Notes under the pieces: model-generated | Databases searched by the model: none | What the model saw: the letters and a program-made list of their open reading frames with translations, nothing else | What the model was told of the DNA's origin: nothing | In this document: positions 1-9,417 of the stretch, in pieces | Numbering within the stretch: the first letter of the stretch is position 1 | Layout of the letters: the number at the start of each line of letters is the position of its first letter | Translations under genes and position numbers: made by a program | Assembly (NCBI GenBank): GCA_020059745.1 | Contig: JAGVBK010000004.1 | Coordinates: 306,511 to 370,510, forward strand | DNA: 64,000 nt | Direction: 5' to 3' | From: Candidatus Shapirobacteria bacterium | Lineage (GTDB): Bacteria; Patescibacteriota; Microgenomatia; UM-FILTER-40-11

Positions 1-1
1 A

Positions 2-526
2 AACATTGGCGCAACTTTAGGCGAAGAATCTGTGGAAAAAAGCGTCAGAGCCGGAGTAATTGGTCTTCTTTTTGTTATGGCGTTTATGTGGGCTTATTAT
101 GGAAAGCTTGGCTTTTTGGCTGATTTGGCGCTTGTCAGCTATGGTCTTATTACCCTTGCTTTATATAAAATCATTCCCGTGACCCTGACTTTGCCGGGGG
201 TTGCCGGTTTTTTGCTTTCCGTGGGTATGGCGGTTGACGCCAATATTCTTATTTTTGAAAGAATGAAAGAAGAGGTAAGGACAGGGAAACCCTTGAAAAC
301 AGCCATGGAACTTGGTTTTGGCCGGGCTTGGGATTCAATCAGGGATGCCAATATCTGTACACTAATTACTGCTTTTATTCTTTTTAATCCTTTTAACTGG
401 AATTTTCTTAATGTTTCCGGCATGGTTAGAGGTTTTGCCTTAACTTTAGCTATTGGAATTGCGGTGTCGCTATTTACAGGGGTTGTGGTTACCAGAAATT
501 TAATAAGAATTTTTTACAGGGGATAA
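2..526 (+). CDS. secD: Protein translocase subunit SecD, C-terminal part (5' truncated by window)
   Basis: Frame open from position 2 (NIGATLGEES...); motifs LTLPGVAG, GMAVDANILIFER, VRGFALTL; followed directly by secF. Confidence 0.95.
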   Translation, partial: NIGATLGEESVEKSVRAGVIGLLFVMAFMWAYYGKLGFLADLALVSYGLITLALYKIIPVTLTLPGVAGFLLSVGMAVDANILIFERMKEEVRTGKPLKTAMELGFGRAWDSIRDANICTLITAFILFNPFNWNFLNVSGMVRGFALTLAIGIAVSLFTGVVVTRNLIRIFYRG

Positions 527-529
527 AAA

Positions 530-1417
530 ATGAATTTCATGAAATACAAATGGCTTTACTTTTTAGTTTCCCTTTTAGCGATTGTCCCCGGCCTTTTTTC
601 TTTATTTAAATGGGGGCTTAATCCATCGGTTGATTTTACCGGTGGCTCTCTTCTTGAGCTTGAGTTTGAAAAAGAAGTAAAAAAGGAAGACTTGCCTGAA
701 ATTAAAAGTTTGATTGAAGAAAACGGCTTTGAGGTAAACTCAATCCAGTTTTCAGGAGAGAAAAGATTGCTTTTTAAAACCCAACCTTTGGCTAGAGAAG
801 ATGTTTCTTCAATCACAGTAGCCATTGCTCAAAAGAAAAACGAAAAGCCAATTGAGCTTAGGTTTGACACCGTGGGTCCGACTTTAGGAAAGGAATTGCT
901 TGAAAAAACCTTTATTGCCATTGCCCTGGCTTCAGGTTTTATTCTTTTGTATGTCTGGCGTCAATTCAAAGACCCAATGTTTGGTGTGACCGCAATTTTG
1001 GCAATGTTTCATGATTCCCTGGTTTTGCTGGGAGTTTTCAGTCTTTTAGGCCATTTTAAAGGTGTGGAAATAGATACTCTTTTTGTGACCGCGGTCTTAA
1101 CCATTCTTTCCTTTTCCGTTCATGATACCGTCGTTGTCTACGACCGAATTAGGGAATCGCAAAAAAGGTTAAGAGGAGCAAGTTTTAACGACTTAGTTAA
1201 TAAAGCAGTGGCAGAAACCCTTTCCCGTTCAATAAACAACTCAATGACCATTATTTTTATGCTTACTGCTTTGTTTTTATTAGGCGGAGCAACGACAAAG
1301 TGGTTTGTTTTGGCTCTTCTTATCGGTACAATTTCCGGCACTTATTCATCGACTTTTACCGCCGCGCCTTTGCTTGTGGTTTGGAATGATCTTAAAAGCA
1401 AGAAAACTAGGATTTGA
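530..1417 (+). CDS. secF: Protein translocase subunit SecF
   Basis: DFTGGS, VGPTLG.EL, HDTVVVYDRIRE, GTYSS motifs; adjacent to secD. Confidence 0.95.
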   Translation: MNFMKYKWLYFLVSLLAIVPGLFSLFKWGLNPSVDFTGGSLLELEFEKEVKKEDLPEIKSLIEENGFEVNSIQFSGEKRLLFKTQPLAREDVSSITVAIAQKKNEKPIELRFDTVGPTLGKELLEKTFIAIALASGFILLYVWRQFKDPMFGVTAILAMFHDSLVLLGVFSLLGHFKGVEIDTLFVTAVLTILSFSVHDTVVVYDRIRESQKRLRGASFNDLVNKAVAETLSRSINNSMTIIFMLTALFLLGGATTKWFVLALLIGTISGTYSSTFTAAPLLVVWNDLKSKKTRI

Positions 1418-2774
1418 ACTCTTTAAGCTTTTTTAAAAGAGGCTCTCTTTTATTTTCTACCTTTTTTTCAACCACTTCTTTAAAAAGGTCATTTAACACT
1501 TCTCCTACTTTAGGCCCGGATTTTATTTTCAGGATTTCCATAACATCTTTTCCGTTTACCTTAAGGTCTGTAACTGAAAAGGGTTGTTTTTGAACTTCGG
1601 CAAGTCTTTGTTTGAATTTTTCCAAACGCCAGGAGGTTTCTTTTGCACCTCCGCCCAAGCGGTCGCCGGTTCTTAGGGCAAGAATGTCCTCAAGGTTTTC
1701 CTTGCCTACGTTTCTTATAAACCTTCTGATGGCAGAATCAGTTTGCCTTTCGTCAACGGTAAACAAATGCCAGCGTACTAAGGTTGTTAAGCGTTTTGCA
1801 TCTTTTTTAGAAAGCTTCAGTCTTTCGGCAATGCCTTGGGCAATCTTGGCGCCCACCACCTCGTGGTTGTAAAAAGTTCTTTGTTCACCCTCGCCCTTGG
1901 CCGTATAAGGTTTGCCGATATCATGAATCAAGCTGGCCAGCCTCACAATTGGATCTCTACTGGGAGTGAATTTTAAAGAAAGAAGTGAGTGTGTCCAAAC
2001 ATCGTAAATATGGTGTTTGGCCTGGGCCATTTCATAACCTTTTTCAAGTTCAGGAATAATGTGGCTTAAAAGAGAGCTTGTTTTAAGCAAAGTTATCCCT
2101 TCAGTCGGAAAGTCGGTAGCCAGTATCTTTAAAAGCTCGTCTCTTATTCTTTCCGCGGAAATGTACTTAAGAAGTGAAGCGTTTTTACTAATGGCGGCAA
2201 AGGTATTTTCCTCAATAGTGAAACCAAGTTGGCTGGCAAAACGGACGGCTCTGAGCATTCTTAGGGCGTCTTCAGAAAAGCGCTCATTAGGGTTTCCGAC
2301 TGCTTTTATGGTTTTATTTTTTAAATCATCCAGGCCGTTAAACAAATCAATAAGCTCAAGGTCGTTATCCTTTGGTCCGATGGCCATGGCATTAATGGTG
2401 AAATCTCTTCTTTTTAAGTCTTCTTCCAAAGAATTTCCCCAAAAAACCTGGTCGGGTCTTCTTTTGTCAGAGTAACCCTTTTCACTTCTGTAGGTGGTAA
2501 TTTCGTATTTTACTTCCCCCTTTTTTGTTTTAATTATTAACCCGACAGTACCAAAGACATTGTCGTAAAAACTTTTTGGAAAAATTTTTTGAATTTCTTC
2601 AGGCGTAGCGTTGGTGGTAAAATCAGCTTCAATAAAACTACCCTTAAGAAGTGAATCCCTGACTGCGCCGCCGACAAGGAAAATTTCCCACCCCCCTTGC
2701 CTAAAGGCAGTAAAAATTTCAATTACCTCTTGAGGGATTTTTTTGGCTAATTTTTCTTCAACTAAGCACCGCAT
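1407..2774 (-). CDS. cca: CCA tRNA nucleotidyltransferase with HD domain
   Basis: VGGAVRD, ADFTT, RRDFTINA, EDALRMLRA motifs; HDIGK HD domain. Confidence 0.9.
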   Translation of the reverse strand: MRCLVEEKLAKKIPQEVIEIFTAFRQGGWEIFLVGGAVRDSLLKGSFIEADFTTNATPEEIQKIFPKSFYDNVFGTVGLIIKTKKGEVKYEITTYRSEKGYSDKRRPDQVFWGNSLEEDLKRRDFTINAMAIGPKDNDLELIDLFNGLDDLKNKTIKAVGNPNERFSEDALRMLRAVRFASQLGFTIEENTFAAISKNASLLKYISAERIRDELLKILATDFPTEGITLLKTSSLLSHIIPELEKGYEMAQAKHHIYDVWTHSLLSLKFTPSRDPIVRLASLIHDIGKPYTAKGEGEQRTFYNHEVVGAKIAQGIAERLKLSKKDAKRLTTLVRWHLFTVDERQTDSAIRRFIRNVGKENLEDILALRTGDRLGGGAKETSWRLEKFKQRLAEVQKQPFSVTDLKVNGKDVMEILKIKSGPKVGEVLNDLFKEVVEKKVENKREPLLKKLKEFKS

Positions 2775-2792
2775 ATGCTAAAATTGTATCAC
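2775..2792. promoter_or_regulatory. Compact bidirectional extended -10 promoter for cca and recJ
   Basis: + strand TGcTAAAAT (2776-2784), 8 nt before ATG 2793; - strand TGaTACAAT (2791-2783), 8 nt before ATG 2774. Confidence 0.55.
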
Positions 2793-4457
2793 ATGAACTG
2801 GAAAATCCTAAATAAACCCAAAAAAGAAATACTGGAAAACAAAGAAATTATTGAAATAATTTTGGAAAACCGCGGTCTTAAAACAAAAGAGGCGGTAGGA
2901 GAATTTCTTAACCCTGCTGATCCGGAAGAGTTTAAAGCCAAAGACTTGGGGATTGACGAGGCGGAAGTAAAACAAGCCATAAAAAGAATCAAAAGAGCAA
3001 TTGACGAAAAAGAGGATATTTTGGTTTACGGCGATTATGATGCCGACGGTATTTGTGCTACTGCCATTTTGTGGGAAACGCTTTTTAAATTGACAAAAAA
3101 AGTCCTTCCCTATATTCCCCAAAGGTTCAGTGAGGGCTATGGTTTCAATAAAGATTCTATTCAGAGAATAAAAGAGGAAAACCCTAATCTAAAGCTTATT
3201 ATTGCCGTTGATCACGGTATTACCGGAAACGAAAAAATTTGTTTTGCCAAAGAATTGGGGGTTGATGTCATTGTCTGTGATCATCACCAGGTGGGTAAAG
3301 AAAAGCCTTTATGTGAAGCAGTTGTCCACACAACCCAGGTTTGTGCGGCGGCAATTTCCTGGTTTATGGCCAAGGAAATTTGTCTTGCCTTTGAAACAAA
3401 AAGAAAAAAAAGCGAGCACCTTGATTTAGTGGCCATTGCTTCTGTTGCTGACCTTGAGCCTTTGGTGGGAGTAAACAGAAGTTTTGTTAAATTTGGGTTA
3501 AGCGCTTTAAACAAAACTGACCGGCTCGGAATTCTCTCAATCTTAGAGGAAGCAGGAATTGAAAAAGGCAGCATTGGTACTTATGAAATTGGTTTTATCA
3601 TTGCACCCCGGATAAATGCTATGGGTAGGATGGAGCACGCTTTAGAGTCGCTCAGACTTCTTTGTACTACCAACCCAATTAAAGCCAAAGAATTGGCCCA
3701 AAAACTGGGTTTAACTAACAAGGAAAGGCAGGAATTAACCGAAGAAACTACACACCATGCTAAAAATTTGTTTCTTGAGGAGTACAAAGAAAGACTTCCC
3801 AAGCTTATTCTTATCAGCCACGAAACCTACCAGGAAGGAGTAATTGGTTTGGCGGCAGGAAAGCTGACTGAGGAGTTTTACCGGCCCTCAATTGTGATTG
3901 CCAAAGGCGAAGTTTATTCAAAAGCTTCTGCCCGTTCTGTCAGCGGGTTTAATATTATTGAAGCGATCCGTGCCAGCTCAGAATATTTAGTTGAAGCAGG
4001 AGGCCATCCCATGGCTGCCGGGTTTACGGTGGAAACTGTAAAAATTGAAGAGTTTAAGAGAAGAATTCTTGAGGAAGCAGAAAAGCAAATTACCGATGAT
4101 ATTCTGGAAAAAAGCTTAAAAATTGATTTAAAGCTTCCTCTTGGGCTTATCAATCTTGGTTTGTGGAAAGAAATCAGCAAGCTTGCTCCTTTTGGCCTTG
4201 GTAATCCTGAGCCTGTTTTTGCTTCAGAAGCAGTGGTAAAGGACAAAAGAAAAGTAGGCTCAACAGGAAAACACCTGAAAATGATTTTAGGCTTTGACAA
4301 AGCTGGTTTTGTTGAAGGAATCGGCTTTAACTTGGGAGAAAAAGCTGAAGAAATTACCCTGGGCGATAAGATAGAGATTGCCTTTAGCGTTACCTTAAAT
4401 GAGTGGAACGGAAACAAAAAAATTGAGGTAAAGATAAAAGATATAAGAAAGATTTAA
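2793..4457 (+). CDS. recJ: Single-stranded-DNA-specific exonuclease RecJ
   Basis: GDYDADG, DHG, DHH, APRINAMGR, GGHPMAAG, PFGLGNPEP; start placed at ATG 2793 from promoter position. Confidence 0.95.
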   Translation: MNWKILNKPKKEILENKEIIEIILENRGLKTKEAVGEFLNPADPEEFKAKDLGIDEAEVKQAIKRIKRAIDEKEDILVYGDYDADGICATAILWETLFKLTKKVLPYIPQRFSEGYGFNKDSIQRIKEENPNLKLIIAVDHGITGNEKICFAKELGVDVIVCDHHQVGKEKPLCEAVVHTTQVCAAAISWFMAKEICLAFETKRKKSEHLDLVAIASVADLEPLVGVNRSFVKFGLSALNKTDRLGILSILEEAGIEKGSIGTYEIGFIIAPRINAMGRMEHALESLRLLCTTNPIKAKELAQKLGLTNKERQELTEETTHHAKNLFLEEYKERLPKLILISHETYQEGVIGLAAGKLTEEFYRPSIVIAKGEVYSKASARSVSGFNIIEAIRASSEYLVEAGGHPMAAGFTVETVKIEEFKRRILEEAEKQITDDILEKSLKIDLKLPLGLINLGLWKEISKLAPFGLGNPEPVFASEAVVKDKRKVGSTGKHLKMILGFDKAGFVEGIGFNLGEKAEEITLGDKIEIAFSVTLNEWNGNKKIEVKIKDIRKI

Positions 4458-4480
4458 GGAAAACGGAAGGATGCAAAAAA

Positions 4481-5959
4481 ATGACAGAAGAGCTAAAACG
4501 GCTTTTTTCCAAAATCCAAAGCTATAATACTGAAGCTGATTTCGGACTGATAGAAAAAGCTTACAGCTTTGCCCAATCTGCCCACAGCAGTCAAAAAAGG
4601 CTTTCCGGGGATCCCTTTTTTGTTCACCCCCTGGCTGTAGCCAATATTCTTGCCGACTATAAACTTGACACAATTTCAATTGTGGCAGGGTTTTTGCACG
4701 ACACATTGGAAGACTGCGAGGTGTCTAAAGAAGAAATTGAAAAGGAGTTTGGAGAAAGTGTTTTGGAAATTGTGGAAGGGGTGACTAAGATCGGAGAAAT
4801 CAGCCTTCGCGGCTCATCAGAAGAATCTTTTGTGGAAAACTTAAGAAAAATGTTACTGGCAATGTCAAAAGATCTGCGGGTGATTTTGGTAAGACTGGCT
4901 GACCGGTACCATAACATGCAGACCTTGCAGTATTTGCCCCCTGAAAAAAGGATAAAAAATGCCAAAGAGACACTTGAGGTTTATGCGCCTTTGGCGGAAA
5001 GGCTGGGCATGGGAGAAATGAAAGGAAGCCTTGAAGATCTTGCTTTTCCCTATGTATATCCTGAAGAGTACAAGTGGCTTATTGAGCATTCCCGGCCTTA
5101 TTATAAAAAAGCGGAAGAATTTTTGGAAAAAGCTACGCGCGAAGTTTATAAAAAATTGGCTGAGGACGGTATCAGAGTTAAAATCACTTCTCGCTCAAAG
5201 CACCTTTACAGCTTGTGGCGTAAACTCTTGAGGCCGGAAATTGACAAGGACATAAACCGGGTTTATGACCTGGTGGCAATGAGAATACTGACTGACAGCG
5301 TTAGGGATTGTTATGCAACTTTAGGAATTGTTCATTCTCTTTGGAAGCCGATTCCGGCAATAGGTATCAGAGATTTTATTGCCCAGCCCAAACCAAACGG
5401 CTACCGTTCCATTCACACCACTGTTTTTTCTTTTAAAGAAAGGATTACTGAAGTTCAGATAAGAACTTTTGAGATGCACGAAGAAGCTGAATACGGGGTG
5501 GCTGCCCATTGGCAGTATGCTGAAGCAAAAACAAAAGGGGTGAGCGGCAGAAAGCTGGAAGCCGGGGTTTTTACTGCTCCAGACAAGCTTTCTTGGGTAA
5601 AACAGCTGGTTGTTTGGCAGAACGAAGTGGTTGATTCAAAAGAATTTTTGGAGGCCTTAAGGTTTGACGCTTTAACGCACCGGATTTTTATTTTCTCCCC
5701 TAAGGGAGATGTTTATGATTTGCCCGAAGGAGCTACTCCGGTTGATTTTGCTTACGCCGTGCATTCTGATTTGGGAAACCAGACTTATGGCTCTTTGGTT
5801 AACGGTAAGATGGTGTCTTTAGATCACAAGCTTAAAAGCGGTGATATGGTTGAGATAATTAAAAAAGAAGGAGTTAAACCCTCAGAAAAATGGCTGCGCT
5901 TTGTTACCACGCAACTTGCTAAAAATAGAATCTCCCGCTATCTGCGTGAGAAAAGCTGA
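4481..5959 (+). CDS. rel: RelA/SpoT family (p)ppGpp synthetase/hydrolase, short form (HD+SYNTH+TGS)
   Basis: LHDTLED hydrolase motif, KPNGYRSIHT, EVQIRT, AAHWQY, TGS (TPVDFAYAVHS); ends at 492 aa. Confidence 0.9.
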   Translation: MTEELKRLFSKIQSYNTEADFGLIEKAYSFAQSAHSSQKRLSGDPFFVHPLAVANILADYKLDTISIVAGFLHDTLEDCEVSKEEIEKEFGESVLEIVEGVTKIGEISLRGSSEESFVENLRKMLLAMSKDLRVILVRLADRYHNMQTLQYLPPEKRIKNAKETLEVYAPLAERLGMGEMKGSLEDLAFPYVYPEEYKWLIEHSRPYYKKAEEFLEKATREVYKKLAEDGIRVKITSRSKHLYSLWRKLLRPEIDKDINRVYDLVAMRILTDSVRDCYATLGIVHSLWKPIPAIGIRDFIAQPKPNGYRSIHTTVFSFKERITEVQIRTFEMHEEAEYGVAAHWQYAEAKTKGVSGRKLEAGVFTAPDKLSWVKQLVVWQNEVVDSKEFLEALRFDALTHRIFIFSPKGDVYDLPEGATPVDFAYAVHSDLGNQTYGSLVNGKMVSLDHKLKSGDMVEIIKKEGVKPSEKWLRFVTTQLAKNRISRYLREKS

Positions 5960-5981
5960 TGAATGGTATATAATTTCCCAT

Positions 5982-7313
5982 ATGAATAGAACTTTGGTTT
6001 CTGAAACCACCGCAAAAATCGGAGAAGAAGTGCTTGTAAAAGGTTGGGTCAACACGCGAAGGGACCATGGAAAAATCATTTTCATTGATTTAAGGGATAA
6101 AACAGGCTTGGTCCAGGTAGTTTTTGTTGACAGCCAAAAAGCAAAGGAATTAAGACCCGAATGGGTGGTTGAAGTAAAAGGGGTGGTTAAGCAAAGACCG
6201 GAAAAACTTATTAACCCAAGGCTTGGAACCGGCAAAATTGAAATCGAGGCCAAAGAGCTTAATATTTTGGCCAAATCAGAGGAGCTTCCTTTTGATACCG
6301 GAAGCGAAGAGCTTAATGTCAGCTTGCCGGTTTTGCTTGACTTCCGGCCTCTAAGCTTAAGACATCCCAGAAACCGGGCTGTTTTTAAGGTTCAGGAAAC
6401 AATTATTGCTTCTTTCCGGGAAGTGCTTCGCGAAGAAAGTTTTACTGAAATTCAGGTTCCCACTATTGTTCCCAGTATTACCGAGGGAGGGGCGCAGGTC
6501 TTTAAGATTAAATACTTTGACAAAGAGGCTTTTTTAGCCCAGTCGCCACAGCTTTACAAGCAAATCATGGTGGGAGTTTTTGAGAGGGTTTTTACTCTGG
6601 CACACGCTTACCGGGCTGAGCCTTCTGTTACCACTCGGCACGTGACTGAGTATGTGGGTTTGGATGCAGAAATGGGGTTTATCTCCTCTTTTGAAGACAT
6701 CATGGACACGGTTGAAAAAGTAATCAGAAGAATTTTTGTTAACCTTGAAAAAGAAAACAAAGAAGAACTATCAATGTTTAACGCCACTATCCCGAAGCTT
6801 TCTTCCAAAATTCCCCGGATAAAAATGAGGGAAGCCCAAGAAATAATTTTCAGAAGAACCGGCCGCGACAATAGAAATGAGCCTGATCTTGAGCCTGAAG
6901 ATGAAAGGGAAATCTGCCGCTACAGTATGGAAGAATATGGCTCTGAGCTTGTTTTTATTACCCATTATCCAACTAAAAAAAGGCCTTTTTATACTTTTCC
7001 TGACCCGAAAGATCCTGAGTATACGGAAAGCTTTGACCTCATTGGCCGGGGATTGGAATGGGTAACCGGCGGCAGAAGAATTAATGATTATGAAATGTTG
7101 GTTGAACACATTAAAAAATGGGGTAACCGGCCGGAGGATTTTGAAATTTATTTGCAAGCCTTTAAATACGGCATGCCGCCCGAAGGAGGCTTTTGTTTAG
7201 GGGCGGAGAGAATAACCATGCAGGTTTTAGGTCTTGAAAATGTTAGAGAAGCAAGCCTTTTCCCCAGAGACATGGAAAGAATTGATCTTAAATTACCCAA
7301 AAAAGAAGAATAA
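5982..7313 (+). CDS. aspS: Aspartate--tRNA ligase, short archaeal-like type (likely non-discriminating Asp/Asn)
   Basis: FIDLRD OB fold, LAQSPQLYKQ, YRAEPS.TTRH, GMPPEGGFCLGAER, FPRD; no GAD insertion; start ATG 5982. Confidence 0.9.
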   Translation: MNRTLVSETTAKIGEEVLVKGWVNTRRDHGKIIFIDLRDKTGLVQVVFVDSQKAKELRPEWVVEVKGVVKQRPEKLINPRLGTGKIEIEAKELNILAKSEELPFDTGSEELNVSLPVLLDFRPLSLRHPRNRAVFKVQETIIASFREVLREESFTEIQVPTIVPSITEGGAQVFKIKYFDKEAFLAQSPQLYKQIMVGVFERVFTLAHAYRAEPSVTTRHVTEYVGLDAEMGFISSFEDIMDTVEKVIRRIFVNLEKENKEELSMFNATIPKLSSKIPRIKMREAQEIIFRRTGRDNRNEPDLEPEDEREICRYSMEEYGSELVFITHYPTKKRPFYTFPDPKDPEYTESFDLIGRGLEWVTGGRRINDYEMLVEHIKKWGNRPEDFEIYLQAFKYGMPPEGGFCLGAERITMQVLGLENVREASLFPRDMERIDLKLPKKEE

Positions 7314-7314
7314 A

Positions 7315-8313
7315 ATGGAAAGTAAGAAGCTCCTTTTCCTGCAAAAATCAAAAAAGACAAAAAAAGAAGACAAAAAGTCTTTGGCCAATTCTTTTTTCTT
7401 TCCTCTTTTAAGTTTATGGATAATCCTTGTTTTACTTTTTTTAGGCTCAAAAATAATCAAGGCTGAGCCGGAAATTGTTGGAAAAAAAGAGGCCCTTGGC
7501 TTTAGGCAGCTTTTACCTTCACCAATGCCTTATCCAGTTAACCGGAAAGTTTCTGTGACCCCGGAAGTAAGTGCAAAATCAATTTACATTATTGATTCAG
7601 GCTCAATGAGAGTCCTTTACGAAAAGAATCCGGAGGAAAGACTTTTTCCCGCTTCGACTACAAAGATAATGACTGCCCTTGTTGCTCTTGAGCATTACCG
7701 TACAGACCAGATTTTGAAAGCCGGAAACACCGAAGTTGAGGGTAATGTAATAGAGCTTGAGCCTGAGGAGCAGATGTCGGTTGAAAACCTTCTTTATGGG
7801 CTTCTTGTTGGTTCTGGTAATGACGCTGCCTTTGCCTTGTCTGAAAATTATCCCGGGAAAACCCCGGGCTTTGTTGAGGCGATGAACAGAAAAGCCCAGG
7901 AAATAAACCTTAAAAACACGCGGTTTACTAACCCGGTAGGTTTTGATGAACCCGGGCATTTTTCAACTGCCAAAGATCTGGCCTTGCTCACGGCAGAAGC
8001 AGTTAAGAACCCGGTTTTTTCAAGGATTGTGGCCACTTCGGGTCTAACCCTTACGGACGTTTCCGGTACCAAGACCCATTATCTTAAAAATACAAACGAG
8101 CTTATTGGACAAGTGGAGGGAGTGGTTGGAGTGAAAACAGGCTGGACAGAAAACGCAGGGGAGTGTTTAGTTAGTCTTGCTGAGAGAAAAGACGCTAGGG
8201 TGATTTCCGTTGTTCTTGGCAGTACTGGCCGTTTTGAAGAATCAAAAAGTCTAATTGATTGGACCTTTCAGAACTTTGACTGGGTTTCTATTCTACCAGC
8301 CAGCTATCACTAA
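7315..8313 (+). CDS. D-alanyl-D-alanine carboxypeptidase (peptidase S11)
   Basis: PASTTK (SxxK), SGND (SxN), KTG; N-terminal TM segment. Confidence 0.9.
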   Translation: MESKKLLFLQKSKKTKKEDKKSLANSFFFPLLSLWIILVLLFLGSKIIKAEPEIVGKKEALGFRQLLPSPMPYPVNRKVSVTPEVSAKSIYIIDSGSMRVLYEKNPEERLFPASTTKIMTALVALEHYRTDQILKAGNTEVEGNVIELEPEEQMSVENLLYGLLVGSGNDAAFALSENYPGKTPGFVEAMNRKAQEINLKNTRFTNPVGFDEPGHFSTAKDLALLTAEAVKNPVFSRIVATSGLTLTDVSGTKTHYLKNTNELIGQVEGVVGVKTGWTENAGECLVSLAERKDARVISVVLGSTGRFEESKSLIDWTFQNFDWVSILPASYH

Positions 8314-9337
8314 CAGCGGGAACATAAGCAATAAAATCGTTATCTCCCTCAAAAACAATTACCGGCTGCAAATAAGTTTGCGGCTTTTCGCTTTCATAAT
8401 AAGCAAGGTAAGCATTTCTGATAACTATTTTTCCTTCAGGATTATTCCCTAAGTTGGCAATAAAACCCTTGCCCCCAATCAGGGCAGACCAGGCGGTTTT
8501 GGTGTCTTTAAGCGGATAGGTGGCAAAATTGTTTTCTGAAATAGGGTAATGGTAATACTTAGCGTCAATAATTCCCTTGTTGTGGGCAGAAGAAGAAATA
8601 AGCAGGGAAACATTGGCGTCTTTGGGGTTAGGAGGTAAAATCTTAAGACCCTCAAGTTCTTTTCTGAATAAATTGACTTTGGCAAAAACTGACTCATGAT
8701 AAATGGAATTTACCAGGTTTCCGTTTAGATATTTGAGAAAGATAACTTCGCTTTCGCCTTCCATTAATTCTTTGGTTAAAACATCTGCGCCTTGAAGAAA
8801 GCCCCTTGCTGTTGAGATGGCCTGGGTGTCATGAGGAGGAGACCCCCTGGAAAGGATTTCAATGTCGTTTTTCCAGTCATAAGAAAGCTGAAAGTTCCGG
8901 GTCAAACAGTCAACCTCTAAAGTAGTTTTGGGAACCGTGTCGGTTGAGAATCTAAAAAAATACTGGTCTATTTCTAAAGGCTCTTTGTTAAAGCCCAGCT
9001 TTTTAGCCCAAAGTCTGGTATTTTCTTTGGTGGAGAAATTGGGTGACGGTTGGGGGATAAAAAAGACTTTTGCTTGGGTGGGCAAGCTGGGCAAAGAGCC
9101 GGAAATTGTTTCCAGCTTAAAGTTTAAAGTGGGAAGGTTTTGCCTTTCCGGAAAAGTAAGCTTAGGCAGTTTGCCAAAAGCTACGGTTGGTGGCGGTGGC
9201 GGTGGCGGGTGGGTCTTTTTCCAGTAGGCCTGAAAAGTTAAAAACAAAAACCTTAAAAAAAGCAAGGCAACGATAGCAGCAGAACCAAACTTAATTGTTT
9301 TTCGGGAATAGTAAGCGGTTTCTGTTAAAGTAGCCAT
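8288..9337 (-). CDS. Membrane-anchored hypothetical protein with poly-Pro linker
   Basis: 349-aa ORF; N-terminal TM followed by a run of 7 Pro; no recognised family. Confidence 0.75.
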   Translation of the reverse strand: MATLTETAYYSRKTIKFGSAAIVALLFLRFLFLTFQAYWKKTHPPPPPPPTVAFGKLPKLTFPERQNLPTLNFKLETISGSLPSLPTQAKVFFIPQPSPNFSTKENTRLWAKKLGFNKEPLEIDQYFFRFSTDTVPKTTLEVDCLTRNFQLSYDWKNDIEILSRGSPPHDTQAISTARGFLQGADVLTKELMEGESEVIFLKYLNGNLVNSIYHESVFAKVNLFRKELEGLKILPPNPKDANVSLLISSSAHNKGIIDAKYYHYPISENNFATYPLKDTKTAWSALIGGKGFIANLGNNPEGKIVIRNAYLAYYESEKPQTYLQPVIVFEGDNDFIAYVPAVSDSWLVE

Positions 9338-9417
9338 TTTTTAAAGATAGAGAGTATTTTGAGTATAGCTTTGCTTCATGGTAAAATCAAGGCTATACAT
9401 ATTTATTTTAATGAAAA

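Noticed and set aside
9189-9211. GGT/GGC triplet run as a DNA repeat element
   Set aside because: It is simply the poly-Pro codons of the - strand gene
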